From Lama guanicoe (lineage: Eukaryota), in NCBI GenBank assembly GCA_013239625.1, contig MU053352.1, positions 417,485 to 481,484 of the forward strand: a stretch of 64,000 nt of DNA, written 5' to 3'. The notes under the pieces are model-generated. The model saw nothing but the letters and a program-made list of their open reading frames with translations. It searched no databases and had not been told where the DNA came from. The translations under genes were made by a program, and so were the position numbers. Shown here piece by piece: positions 1 to 12,637 of this stretch (position 1 is the first letter of the stretch; every line of letters begins with the position of its first letter).

Positions 1-7
1 CCCTTAC

Positions 8-89
8 CAATCTCTCTGCCAAGCGGTGTTCTTGATGCTGAAACATCTTCTGACGCCAAAGAACAAACACTTGCTTCTCTAAACTCTCC
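8..89 (-). CDS. SFI1: SFI1 coding exon (human exon 16 equivalent), 82 nt
   Basis: Minus strand ttcttttag|G GAG AGT TTA...AGA TTG|gtaagg translates [27 protein letters not shown], matching recalled human [27 protein letters not shown]. Not in the ORF track. Confidence 0.93.
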
Positions 90-1489
90 CTAAAAGAACA
101 CAAACAAGTAACAGTAAAGCACTTAAAATCATTGGGTTTTCTCTCTTATATGGCACCATTATGAGCCAAATAAGCCCAGGGGAGGAAGGCAGACAATAAC
201 CAAAATTCCCACAAATGACCTACCACTTTCCAAGTTATTTCTGGCCTCACCCTCCCAGGATGCAAAAGACTGACTTTGAGACCCTGGTTCTTCATCATGC
301 CCCCAGTGAACTGCCAACAGTTCTCAACAATCACAGTGAAAGTCTTTCCTGTCCACACTGTGCAGCCAGGCTCCTGCTACAAATCCCTGGGGGAAGTGGT
401 TAAAAACAGGTATCAGACCCCTAAGCCCCAGGAAAGGGTATTTTAAACCAGTGTTCCAGGTGAGGTGGACAGAGAGACAGGTCTGTCACCTCTGCCCAGG
501 CCTGCCTGCTCACCGTGATGACATGATGTCAAAACCCGCAAAAGCAGCACTGGGACAACTGGCCAACAGCCAGCAGGGGCTGAGCCTTGGCAAAGCCACC
601 AGGACCGATGCTGGGGGGCAGAGAGGTGGCTCTCCTGACGTTTAACCCATCAGACACACCACGTTAGATGAAGAGCTCCACTTCCAGCCATGACACAGCC
701 GCTGGTCCTGGTCCTGCCCCCAGCCAGGTATTACAAAACGGGATGAGGTATGAGGCAATTGTTTCCAGACACTGGACCAGATGTGACCTTTGAGAGATGT
801 GATCTTTGAGAGATGAGAAATATGGAAGGTGAGCCCCTTGGCCACCCAGGCTTTCGCCTGTGGGCACTTTCTGGACACCAGGGCCAGGGGAAGGAGTCCA
901 AGCTGAGCATGACAGTCTCCCTGAGCTGAGGCAGAGACTGGGGTTTGAGACCACAGGGGACTGCGTGGACATGTGTCGCCTGCCTAAGCCTGGGCAGGCA
1001 GTGACCGTACCCTGCCCCTGGCACGCTGATGGACACCTGGTGCACTCCACAGGAGAGGCTGCTCAGGCAGACTCCACGAGCCCCAGCAGAGTGGCTGCTT
1101 CAGGACTAAGAGCTGAACGGAGGTACGAGGGGTGGGGCAGGGCTGGGAGACGGCATTCTGGCCTAGTCAGAGTGAAGGGACCTCACAACTCAGTAAGGCC
1201 TTAGGAGTAAAAGCTGTGACCTAACACTGAAGAGAAAATCAAAAAGACCCACACGAAGAAAGAATAAACCCACACTGGCTAGGATCAACAGGAATCACCA
1301 GAACAAACAGGAACCACCACCTGCTACAAAATGCAATATACAGCATCGAGGAAAAAGGTGTGAACAGAAATAATGACCCAAATTTAAAAACAGCTATTAT
1401 ATATGTTTGAGTACTTAAATGAAAACATAAACAAAATTAGTTACCAGAAAGAGAATGTCGGCAGAGAAATAAACTACAAAAAGAAAACC

Positions 1490-3045
1490 TAAATGGTGGT
1501 TCCACAAAAAGTTAAACACAGAATTACCATATTGGCCTTACATACATAAGACCACTTACTTTGCTCTCAATAAAGAAAGAAATACTGTTGGAAAGTAAGC
1601 AAGTAAAGCAAGCTGCATACTGGAAGAAAATATTTTCAATCTGTGTATCTAGCAAAAAACTTGTATCCAGAATATATTGAAAAAATTCTACAAATCAGTA
1701 ATAATTTTTAAAAGACATATAACCTAGTTTTTTAAAAAGCTAGGAACAAGACTTGAACAGACACTTCACAAAAGATATACAAATAAATGGTCAATAGGCA
1801 CACGATAAAGGCTAAGAGAGTCAAATCTGTCTGGTATTCAAAGAATGGAACTCAGCTCAGACTGAAATGAGTTGACACAGCTCTACCATTAATCAGGTCA
1901 GGAGGACAGACACAGATAAAGCCAACTGCAAGAAAACACTGCTTCTCCCAAGGTCGCGCAGCAGCTGTGAGATGCCACAAGGAGCCCCCTCTTTTCTGAG
2001 TGGCTATTGCTTCATTGCCAGCAACGCCCACACAAGCTTTCCTCCTCTCACTCACTCCTGAGGATGCTCATGACCGCTCTTCCCCAGTGAGTCCCCACTC
2101 TCATCCCTCCTACTCTTGCCTCAGAAACAGCAATCAACACAAAACTGATCCCCATTTCTCCAGATCCTCCTCAGAAGCCTTCAGTGGGAACCCAAAGGTT
2201 ACAAATGCCCTTCCCTCGGGTAGAGCAGCATTCCAGAGTTCCTCTGAAACTCCCTCCTTCCTGGCAGCCAATCTGACTTGGTCAGACTAAACAGGCTTTT
2301 GTTCCTAGCTGATTGGGCTTAAAGAAATGCTGAGTATCACTAGTCATCAGAAAAATGAGACAGCACTCCACACCTACCAAAATGGCTCAAAAACACTGAC
2401 AAAAACAAATGTCGGTGAGGACATGGAGCAACCAGAATTCTGAGTTGCTGGTGGGAGCAAAAAATGATGTAACCACCTATGAGAGTACGCATATCCTCCC
2501 CCTCTGGTCCAGAAGTCTACCCAGGTGTCTACCCAAGAGAAATGAAGACATATTCCACCAAAACCAATGTTCACAGCAGATTTAAGCATAATGGCCTCAA
2601 ACTAGAAACAACTCCTATGTGAAAATGGATCAAAATTCTGTTAGATTCCTACAATAGCACACTACTCAGGAAAAAAAAAACAGAACAAAACAAAAAACAG
2701 CTACAGATACATGCAACAACCTGGCTCAATCTCAAAAAATATCCTCTGAACTTGAAAAGAGCGCAGACACAGTAAAGCACGTACTCCGTGATCCCACAGT
2801 ATAAAGTTCAAAAATACGCAAAATTAACCTAGTATGGTAGAAATTACAACAGTGGCTACTTACAGGGGGTAGGAATTGACTGGAGCAGGGCATGAGGGAA
2901 ATTTCTAGGGGGATGGAAGTGTTCCATATCTTGACCAGGGTGTTGATTATCCAGGGATGTGATTTATAAAATCTCATCAAACTGTTTACTTAACATCCAT
3001 ACCTTTCATTGTCTGTAAATTTTAGCTCAATTAGGGGAAAAAAAA
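1490..3045 (+). mobile_element. Old L1 (L1M/L1ME-type) fragments, interrupted at ~1810-2320
   Basis: L1 ORF2-end and 3'UTR motifs (gacttgaacagacacttcacaaaaga; catgcaacaacctgg...aatctc; gatggaagtgttccatatcttg). Confidence 0.7.
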
Positions 3046-3289
3046 GGCAAACCAGTCTTGTCTCATTAACAGTATAGTAGTTCACTGGCGGGTTAATAAA
3101 CTTACCATTTTTAGTTATAATTCATGAGATTTCACCATAAATTCTGTGTTCCTAAAATATTTTTTAAAAATACACTAAGAAATCATAGAAAAATAGAACA
3201 AACATTTATTTAGAACTTTGATTTGTTAAACTCCAAACCAAACCTATGGATATTAATTTACTGTAAGTCACAAATCAGGGTCAGGAGGA

Positions 3290-3530
3290 CAGTTAACACT
3301 CTGTGCTGGGCACTCTGCTTGAATTTCACATGGATTATCCCACTTAGTATTCATGACGACCCTGTCAGATAAGGGCTGTTATCAAATCATCTCCCTCTCT
3401 CATCTGAGGAAACTGGGACTCAGAGCGACTGAGTGACTTGCCCGGGGTCAGAGCCAGCAAGTGGTGGGGCAAGGGTCTGAACTCAGTTGGGCCTGTCAGT
3501 TTCTAAGCCAGGTTCCCAGTCACTCCACCT
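3290..3530. mobile_element. MIR SINE (similar copies at ~13715-13930, 20100-20340, 21740-21950, 23960-24160, 24370-24610, 48780-48960, 59140-59330)
   Basis: MIR core tgaggaaactgggactcagag...gtgacttgccc...gtca. Confidence 0.7.
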
Positions 3531-5249
3531 TCTCATGAAGCAGGAAGGCAGGAACATGAAAAACGAAGTTTTCTAAAAAGATCCAACTAACCCCAAACAG
3601 GGTAACCTCTAGGTCAGGGCTTCGCCAGCCTTCAAGCCTGTGCTCTTCTCTGCTTCTGATTCACCCGGAGCCCTTCCGTCCGGAGGGATGGCTCTAAGAT
3701 CACCCATGCCTGTCCCCCCAACCACAGCCCTTTTAGGAGCTCCTCTTGGCTACTTTGAAGGCACTCTCAATTTCTGGCCCCCACAAAATGCCAAAATACG
3801 AAAAAGCAACAGCACCAAGCAAGACTTCAATTGTAAAGGAAACAAAGGGGCGTGTATGAGTGTTTTAGGTAGCGAAGCCATTTTTCAGATGAATCTTACA
3901 CCAGACCTCAACACAGGAACTAAGGAAAGGCAGAGCCGCTCTCTGCAGGAGAAGCAGAGCCAAGTGCTAGCCCCATGTCCGCCTCTTGTCCTTGTGGCTG
4001 CCCCCTAAACGCATCTCCTTGGACTCTGCTAAGGAGTCCTGAGTTCTGGCTGATTCCCTCAAACCAGCATTCAGCACCCTCCCAAGTCAAGATCACTGCA
4101 GCTTCTCCCAGTGCATGTCTCCTCTCCCTTGTTTCTCTGTCTTAATTGGACATACACTGCCCACAGGGCTGTCTCCAAAACTGCCACTTTCCCAGTGCCA
4201 TGCTCCTGCTCAGACACCAGGGCCTTATCTACCTGTAGGATCAGGCAGCCCCTAGTCTGCTCCCGCTCATGCCACCCATTCCCACCACCACCCTCGGCCC
4301 CTCCAGCTCAGAGCAAGCCTCTCCAGGCGCCTCCCTCAGCACTAGCTCTGAGCTCTGGAGGACCCTTGGCTGACATAACAGGACACACGGATCTAAGCTG
4401 CTGAACTGTTCCTCATTTGTTTCTTGTCTATCAGTCTGACCTCCTCACAAAGATTTAAGGTTCCTACCAAGTCATCAAAAAGATCTTCCTCTTGATTCAG
4501 TAGAAAGTATTTGGACTTTGGAATCAGGGAGACTTCAGTGTAAACCCTGGCTCTGCGGCTTCCTGGCTGTTAGTGGGTGGGTTGTTTATCATTTTGATCC
4601 TGCTCTTACAGAACTGCTGTGGGGAGGAAATGGATTAGCGAAGATGATGGTGTCAAGGCGAAAGAGCTTCTGTAGTTTCCTTTCCCCAGTCACACCACAC
4701 CCACCACAGCAGGAGACAGGGAGACACGCAGTCAGTCATTAACAATTCCTTCACTGCATTCTGCCAGCAGGGAGCAAGGACCTGCTATGGGTAAGTTTAC
4801 CCTGTAGGAGCTAAAAAGATGGAGCTCTGTTTCTTGTCTGTCCTAATTTTGTTGATGACTATAATTTCAAGACTTCAAAAGGTCAGGTTTAGCAGAATAG
4901 GAACCAAGTGTTTCAAGGAAATCATGCTCAAGAAAGCCTGCCAAGTGATGCAAGGTCCAACCACGCTCTGATCCAGAAGGTTAATGGGCAGCTTTACGCA
5001 GCTCACTGTGGCGTGTAATGAGGGAAGGGGCATAAAACCCAGGCTGTTCTGAAAGCCCTTGCTGCAAAGATGGACCGAAGTTTTCCCAGGGGGAACACTG
5101 GCTGTCTCTTCCTGCTAGATGAGATCAATGAGCCCACATTATTGAACATCCAGGAAGAACCAGGGCCTAGGGGACTGGCAGGCTGAAGAGCAAAGCAAAC
5201 AGCTGTGTGGGCGGAGGAGTTAGACCCAAGAGGCCTGACGCGGGCGAAC

Positions 5250-5380
5250 CTGTGGAAGCGCACTGCTCTCACGCTGAGGGCGCTCTCCTGCTGGTGCCGC
5301 CGCCAGAGTCTTCTCCAGGCCTGGAAGGCAGCCGGCAGGGCTCTCTGCTGGAAGTGACCATCTGCTCTCGCCTGCAACAG
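5250..5380 (-). CDS. SFI1: SFI1 coding exon 15, 131 nt
   Basis: ttttactttag|CTGTTGCAG...TTCCACAG|gttcgc; [44 protein letters not shown]. Confidence 0.93.
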
Positions 5381-5956
5381 CTAAAGTAAAACAATGACTG
5401 ACCTTTATTTGTACTTCATATTAAAAAAAGGAAAAAGATCTTTCAGGGTCACACTTTCAAGGGAGGGTTGCTTTCTACATAAAAATTTTTTAAATAAAAA
5501 TCATTATTTTTAATCTTTGCCAACATGATAGGTAAAAATGAAACATGATAGATGAAAATTTTCCCCTTTAATTAAAAATGAGTTAAGCATCTCTTCATAT
5601 ATTTATGTATGTGTGCTTGGATATATACTTATCTAAATTTCTTTCCCTACGGCCTAAGTGTTCATACCAGTTGCCCACTTTACTACTTGACTGTCAGCAT
5701 TTAACTCAGTGACATATATGGACTTTTTGAACCTTAAACGTGTTAGTCCTCTGTCATGTGTTCTCAGTATTGCCCTTACTCTGTAATGTATCTTTTGATT
5801 TTCTTTATGTTTATTTGTAATACAGATTCTTTAAATTGTTATGTAACTACAAAAGGCTACTACTATTTCACTGATACATCAGTAGGAAGCCAGTCAATGA
5901 CGTAAGAATCTGTATGCCTCCACGATCCAAAATTTGGGGGGAAAGCATACCAATGT

Positions 5957-6496
5957 GTGGCAGTTTTTAAAACAAGGCTCCATGTTCTCTGATCTTCCTT
6001 CCTTTGAATACGGGTGGACAGTGCCTACTCTGACCAACAGAATATGGTGAAAGGGACACTAAGTGACCTCGGAGGCTAGGTCATGAGGGGCCACACAGCT
6101 TCTCTCCTGCTCATGGACACTCACTTATGGAGCCCTGGGCTGCAACACAGGAAGTCTGACCTCGCAGAGGCTGCCATGCTGTCAGGAAGTCCAAACCTCT
6201 CAGAGAGGTCGTACATAGGAGCTCTGGTTAACTGTCGCAGTGGATCCCTGTCTTCCCCGAGTCATTCCAGCCCAGGAACCAGACACATGAGTGAAGAAAC
6301 TTGCAGAAGATTCCAACCCCCTGCCATTAGAATTTTCCCAGCTGAGGCCCCAGGAATCATGGAGCAGATACCAGCCACCCTTGCTATGTCCTGTCTCAAT
6401 TTTTGACCCATAGAGTCCTTAAGATAATGAAACAGTGGTTGCTTTATGCCACTGAGCTTGGGGTGATTTTTTTACAGAGCAATAGAAAACTAAACA
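5957..6496. mobile_element. MLT1 (ERVL-MaLR) solo LTR, MLT1G/H-like
   Basis: TG...CA ends; gaccaacagaatatggtgaaag, gtgaagaaac, cccagctgaggcccca, gccactgagcttggggtg motifs. Confidence 0.8.
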
Positions 6497-8501
6497 GTGT
6501 GCCTCTGCATGTGTTTATGAACACACAGACACACAACACTCCTACCCACACGGAGGGAAAAAAATACCAGGTTTACTCACCAAATGGACATTTTTTTCCT
6601 TCTTTATGTCTCCCTACACTGCCCACATTTTCTGTGTCTACATGTTGCTGATGGGCATTTTCAAATGTAAACAAGAGCAGGAGCAAAAGTATAATGAACC
6701 CCCACAAGCTTATCACCCAGCTTCGACGATTAGCAAACATTCTTTTCATTCTTTATATATTACTTTTTTAAATAGAAAGAACTCACAGTAAATAATACTT
6801 TTATTTTCTCCTAAAATAGGAAGAACTCATGTGCTCCTTGGATTTCTAAACCAAGAGATGACATTCAGACAGTTAGCTCCAGGTTTTTTAAAAAACAACA
6901 GCAACCAAGCAGGGCTCCAACTATTTTTCAGACCTTCTGCTGGGCGGGCCGTGCCAGAGCCACGGGGGAGATAAGAGCTCTGACCCTCGACCTTTGCCAG
7001 TGCCGGGCCCCAGGGTCCAGGAGCTCTTTCTCCAGAAAGGAACTAAAAGAGACCCTTTGCTTCTTTTCCACCTTGAATAAACACAACCTTTCAACTCTGG
7101 CACTCACATTCTTTTTCTAAGAGGGCTCTTTCTTTACATTCTGTTGCACCTGCATTAAATGAGCTTAAGAGACCAACTGGCAGTGTCCCTTCATAAACAG
7201 CCACATAGTCCAAAGGTCAGAGAATGCACCACTTCTAAGCATTCTCTATGTGTGGGAGGCAAAGGTGATACAAAAACAAGCCATGCCCTGGGTTTGTCCC
7301 CTTCATCCACCAAGAAGTGAGGTGACTCTTGAGGCAATCACCAACAGCTCACTATTCACTCACTCACACTAGTCAGCACCTACGCTTTGCCCACAGTTCA
7401 GGGGAAGGAAGAGGCAGGACAGCCTGGCAGGGAGGGAGGCTGGCAAACACCACCCTGAGAAAGCTGCCCATGAGGCAGGGCGGGGGGAAGAGAGGTAACA
7501 CCTGAGCTGAGAGGGCAGCGGGAACAGAAGCAAAGGCACCGGGGACACAGGAGCAGAGGACCTCGGGGAAGGACTGCAGCTTGACTGGCCGGCCTGCAGC
7601 TGGGAAGGGGTGGCGACAGTGGTAACACAAATGGACAGTACCAGCTCCCAAAGGAGTCTGGATGTCACCTCAAACTGCAATGAACCAGCTAAACTCTTTA
7701 GATCCACGTGTTGGCAGCAGATTGGGGGGGGGTGGGGAGGGCAGCCCAAAAATAAGTGGGAGGAGTCTGGTGTGTGCCCTCCCTGTCCCACTGCAGGGAC
7801 GGCCAAGCAGAGGCAGGCGTAGCACCACTTCCCACTGCATGGCCCGTGCAGACATCATCAATCGAGCACACAACCCCCCAAGCCTGAACGTGGAGTCCTC
7901 GCTTCAGCACTCCAGACAGCTACCCCTCATGAGAGCCACCCAAGGGCTAAACTCCATGCCCTGCAGGAGCAGGAATTTTGTCTGCTTTGTATCACTGCTG
8001 TATCCTCAGTGCTCAGCACTGTGTCTGAGGCATAGCAGTGGCTCAGTCTTTCTTAAATGGAACTGAACCAGTCTTTCTCAACCTGCCTTCACCTCCACCC
8101 ACCGCTGTGGGTACCTGTCTCTCACACCGTTTAGCACTAGGAGAGGGTGCTGAGGCTCTGCACCTTTCCCAGCATCTCCTGAAGGTCCCCCTGGGCGGTA
8201 GGATGGCTGAGAAATATCATCAGTGACTTGGGTAAAGATGTGAACGGAACGGCTGACAAGCTCAGCACTTGTAGAGAGAAGCGCTTGCACTTTCAAAGCA
8301 GATGAAGAGATAGGAGTTATGCAGACTCTCTGACATTGCTGGAGGGGCCTGGGGCAGATACTTCTGAGCTTTTCACAACACCCTCTCTTCCAAATCAGAC
8401 CGCCAGACCTCTTGGCACAGGCCTCTTCCAAGAATCTTTCCAAAGCTAATGGGTCTAAGACTGTAAGCCAGCAGAGCTCCCTGCTCTGAAGAACTCCGTA
8501 C

Positions 8502-8568
8502 CTGCTGTGTCCGCCTCTTCTGAGTATACTGTAACCACAATTTGATACACTTGCGTAGCAATGATATT
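8502..8568 (-). CDS. SFI1: SFI1 coding exon 14, 67 nt
   Basis: tttcatttcag|AATATC...CAGCAG|gtacgg; ISLLRKCIKLWLQYTQKRRTQQ. Confidence 0.93.
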
Positions 8569-9669
8569 CTGAAATGAAACACACAACACTGAGGTAACTG
8601 CCTGTCCCACTTCTAGGTTTCAGGTTTTTATAAAGTTCTGATTTTAAGGCAGGTAAATCTGGGTGTGGGTACACCTGGAGCATTAAAGACGCCCCATGGG
8701 TTTCATTCTAGGAGAGGGAAATAAGAACCTGATTTCTAACATGAAATCTGCCAACCCGATTTTGGACTGTGGCTACTAGCCCCCAAAATCTGACAACTTT
8801 CTTGTAAACTTAATGAGACCACAAGCACAGTGTTCCTGGAACTCAGGTAATATGCATGGAATCCTGCAAATATCCTGAATTTTCTAATTTTATGGCCAAA
8901 CTCTGGGGCCTGTTTAGGACCACCTGGGTCTGTGACATGCTTTCACACAGTGATACTGACAGTGAGAATCACATTCAGCTTTGTAAACCAGGATTCAGAG
9001 TAATGGTATACCCCGACAATTCCAAATTCAATCAAATACTGCAATTCTCACTGACTCATTAAAAAGTGCTCCAGAATTGGACCTGTAACTATGCAACTTA
9101 GGTTAATTATACTATAGGGGAGGGCATATTGAACATTTCCTGAAGCAAGAAAAAGCAAATAGTGTGGTTCCTCCCAAACAGTAAGACTAAGGGGTCAGAG
9201 GGAGGGGGTCTAAGCAGCCCTTATTTTTCACTTTCTACTTCTTTCCTATATATTCTGAGTTCTTCTTGTGGACATGTGGTGCTTTTATTTAAATGATAAC
9301 TCTAAAAAATCGAAGACTCTCTCTACACCCTCCAAGGCCAAGCCACAAATATTGACATGCCTAGGCCATCCCTGTAACAGTATCAATGCATAAATCCCAA
9401 GATGCGAACATCACTAAAGCCTGAAAACTGCGGCAGTGAGCTGGCAGGCCCCTGCTTCAAGCTGTGGTGGCTGAGAGCCAGTAAAACACCCTCATTCCAC
9501 CACCCACCTCATCAACCAAAAGGAAAACACAAGCTCAGGAACCACTGGTTTACAGCAGGGCCTTTCTGAATCTGCCACAGTAACGCATGCACGGAGGGTG
9601 AGTGGTGACTGCTGGAGACCAGTGCATCAGGCACAGTGGGCCCCAGGGGGCCTGAAGGGCCAGTCCCAC

Positions 9670-9767
9670 CTGCAGTGGTCCGAGGCAGCATGCAGTAAGG
9701 GGAGCTGCTTCCTGTCCTCCCTCTGCTCAACCCGAGACTGCCAGAGGTTCCAGAACCTGTGCAGGAG
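9670..9767 (-). CDS. SFI1: SFI1 coding exon 13, 98 nt
   Basis: ttttgcttcag|CTCCTG...CTGCAG|gtggga; LLHRFWNLWQSRVEQREDRKQLPLLHAASDHCR. Confidence 0.93.
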
Positions 9768-10297
9768 CTGAAGCAAAACAGGGAGGAAACAGACGTTTAC
9801 TAAGGAGAAAGGTAAAATGACTTCTCCTAACCCACAAGTTAGCAAATCCTTAACTCCGGACAACTGCAAGCTCCCCCAAGGCAGGACTCACCTCAGTCTG
9901 GGGCACCCAACATATAACAGCTTACGAAACAATTATGGCTAAGCTAGCTATGTAGAACTATTCCAGGTCAACATAAATGGCAAAAAGCTGGGTCTTTCCA
10001 AATCTATGGAAATCAGAAGTGAAAAAGGCACTGTGAATCTGGGCCTCACGGAAGACAAGGCCGCTTCAGAAATCAGAGCTGATCTTACCACGTGTTACCG
10101 CTTACGAAGCAGTCTTGCCAAAAGAGGTTTAACTTCAGCCTAATCAAGCCCTTAGATCTAACTTCTAGTTTACAAAAGTACACAGTAACAAGGAAAATAA
10201 AGTGACATTAAAAGGAAACAGCAAAATGGAGAAAATGGAAGACTACAGAATAACTTGTCTTCCTTTTCAAAAAGTCAATGTTATTTTAGAAAATAGG

Positions 10298-11060
10298 GAA
10301 CATTATGCTAAGTGAAATAAGCCCGTCACAAAAAGTAAACACCGTAAATAGGAGGCGCCTAGAACAGTCAAGCTCAGAGACAGAAAGCAGAACGGTGGTT
10401 GCCAGGGGCTGGGGGAGGAGGAGGAGAACCGGAGTTATTGTCAATGTGCAGCGTTTCAGTTTTGCAAGACTTAAAAAGTTCTGGAGATGGATGGTGGGGA
10501 CGGTAGCACGATAATGTGAATGTACTTAATGCCACTGCACTGCACACTTAAAATGATTAACATGGTACATTTTGTTGTGTATTTCACCAGAATTAAAAAA
10601 TAAACAAGTTAAAGAAAAGAAGTGTGAGCGGGAGAGGGGACCGTTACTGATCAAGAGTCTAAAAAGACATAACCAAATGTAGTGAGTAATCAATCCTTAA
10701 CCAAATCCTGATTTGAAAAAACCAGCTATAAAGACATTTTGGGGGCAACGGTGGAAATCTGAATGTGGGCCGAGTATTGGATAATATTAGCGAATACTGT
10801 TCATTTTAGGGATGAGAATGACACTGTGGTTATGAAGGAAACTTTGGGGGCGACAATACATGCTGAAATGTTTAGGTGTAAAGTGTCACAATGTCTGTAA
10901 TTTACTTGAAAATAATTCAGGAAAAAAAGAGAAGCAAACATTAATTACTGACTTCACATTTGCTTTTTCCTTACAATAACTATTAAATTTAGATAGTAAA
11001 GCAGATAGATGTTTATTACACTGTTCTTCATATTTTTCTGTACTTTTGAACATCTTCATA
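10298..11060 (+). mobile_element. L1MB-type 3' end (10298-10605) plus L1ME-type 3' fragment
   Basis: attatgctaagtgaaataagcc...gagatggatggtgg...aatgtacttaatgccactg...A tail. Confidence 0.75.
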
Positions 11061-11452
11061 GTTAGAACACCCCATCCTCCTACACCCAGAAACACAATCT
11101 ACAAGTAGAGATAGAATGTTTGTTGCCCTCAGGTAAATCAACCACTGAAGACAATGGTCTCACAGTGCAAACACAACCAGAGCCTCCTGGAATGCAAGTC
11201 TTGAAGTATGTCCCCAGTTCAAGGTTGGAATCCACAGTCCCTGACCTCTTATTCAACTATTAATTTTCTCAGCAAACAGATTTAAAAAATGGGACTAAAC
11301 ATGAGAAAAACAAGGGTTTCTCGATCCTCTGGTGTGAATTACTGAAGAAAATGGACACGAAGGTTTTAGAGTCTAACGGTCTGAATAAACCTCCAAGCAC
11401 AAAGGTTTAAAAAGAAAAAATGAACAAATGGCCAGCAGCAGAGGACCCTCAC

Positions 11453-11545
11453 CATGACATCACGCTGCCGATGAGCGAGATTCCTTCTTATTCGTTGGAG
11501 ATGAGCACGGCTCACATTGTCTCTCAGGGCTCTAAAGCAAAAACG
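11453..11545 (-). CDS. SFI1: SFI1 coding exon 12, 93 nt, symmetric phase 0-0
   Basis: cctcttcacag|CGTTTT...GTCATG|gtgagg; [31 protein letters not shown]. Confidence 0.92.
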
Positions 11546-12566
11546 CTGTGAAGAGGACAGGGACACAAATCAGTGGTGCGTCTGTAACAAGAGCAGTGCC
11601 CGAGAAGGTGGCAAGAAGCTCAGCTGTGGCTGCTCACAGCTGCTCCCGTGCCCCTGAGAGTGTTCTCTGCTCCGAGAGCCGACTGGGAGCCGGATACCAG
11701 CCAGCCCGCACAGCAGGCACTCAGTAAACAGCTGCGGGACCGCTCCCTCCATCCACAGATACTGCACAGGGGCAAATACTCCCTCACCTCTGACCACAGG
11801 GATCCCTGTGACCCAGACGGGAACACGAGACAAAGGTCAAAACATCAACTCTGCCTCACAGAAAAGTCAGGAAAGAGATAGACTTTTAGCCTATGGGGTG
11901 GGGTTTTTTTGTTTTTTGTTTTTTACCATGTGGGGTCAACGTGTATACTTACACAATTTTAAATGCAGTCTTGCAAGAGCAGAATAGAGGGAACAGAAGG
12001 AATCCTTGGTGAGCAGGGGGTGGGGCAGGGGCAGGACATGCTGGCCTGACTCCAGCTCTGTCAAGAATGCCTCACGTGGGACGAAGCAAAGCCCATTCCC
12101 CCACAGGCTGGGCTTCAGATTTCTGAGACAGAAGTGAAGTGACTTGAGGTTTTCATATTGTGCTCTGTGGACCCCCAGAGGCTCCTGGAAGTGTCTGAAG
12201 GCCATGTGGCGTGTGAGGGTGGAGGAGAGCAGCCGACAGAATGGGGACTACTCCCCAACCTTGCTTCACCCACAGCACCTCTGCTTTGACTGACTGCGAA
12301 GACGAGGCTCCCACCATTAAACAGGGGTCTGCCATGTAAAAAACCCAGGACTAGATCACTTCTAAGGTTCCTCCACAGCTCCAAAGCCCTCTGACCCTAC
12401 ACAATTACCCCTCTGATCCAAGATGAAAATAGGGACGCTGCAGTGAAGGAGGGCTCCGTGACGGAAGCTGACCAGATGTGTGTGCAGGGCAGGGTGGGGC
12501 CCGGGCCCTGGAGTGGACGCCTGGGTCAGGCTGACGCAGGGCCTCACAAGGCTGCAGCGCTCTTAC

Positions 12567-12637
12567 CAGCAAGGCGTGCTGTCGGTGCTCTTCTGCCACC
12601 TTCCGCCAGGCAGCGTCCTCTGCACACAGCAGCACAT
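12567..12637 (-). CDS. SFI1: SFI1 coding exon 11, 71 nt (downstream of the U12 intron)
   Basis: ccttaactcctgcag|ATGTGC...TTGCTG|gtaaga; (Y)VLLCAEDAAWRKVAEEHRQHALL. Confidence 0.93.

Noticed and set aside
8078..8683. 201-aa minus-strand ORF
   Set aside because: Overlaps exon 14 in a different frame and is otherwise intronic; no recognisable homology
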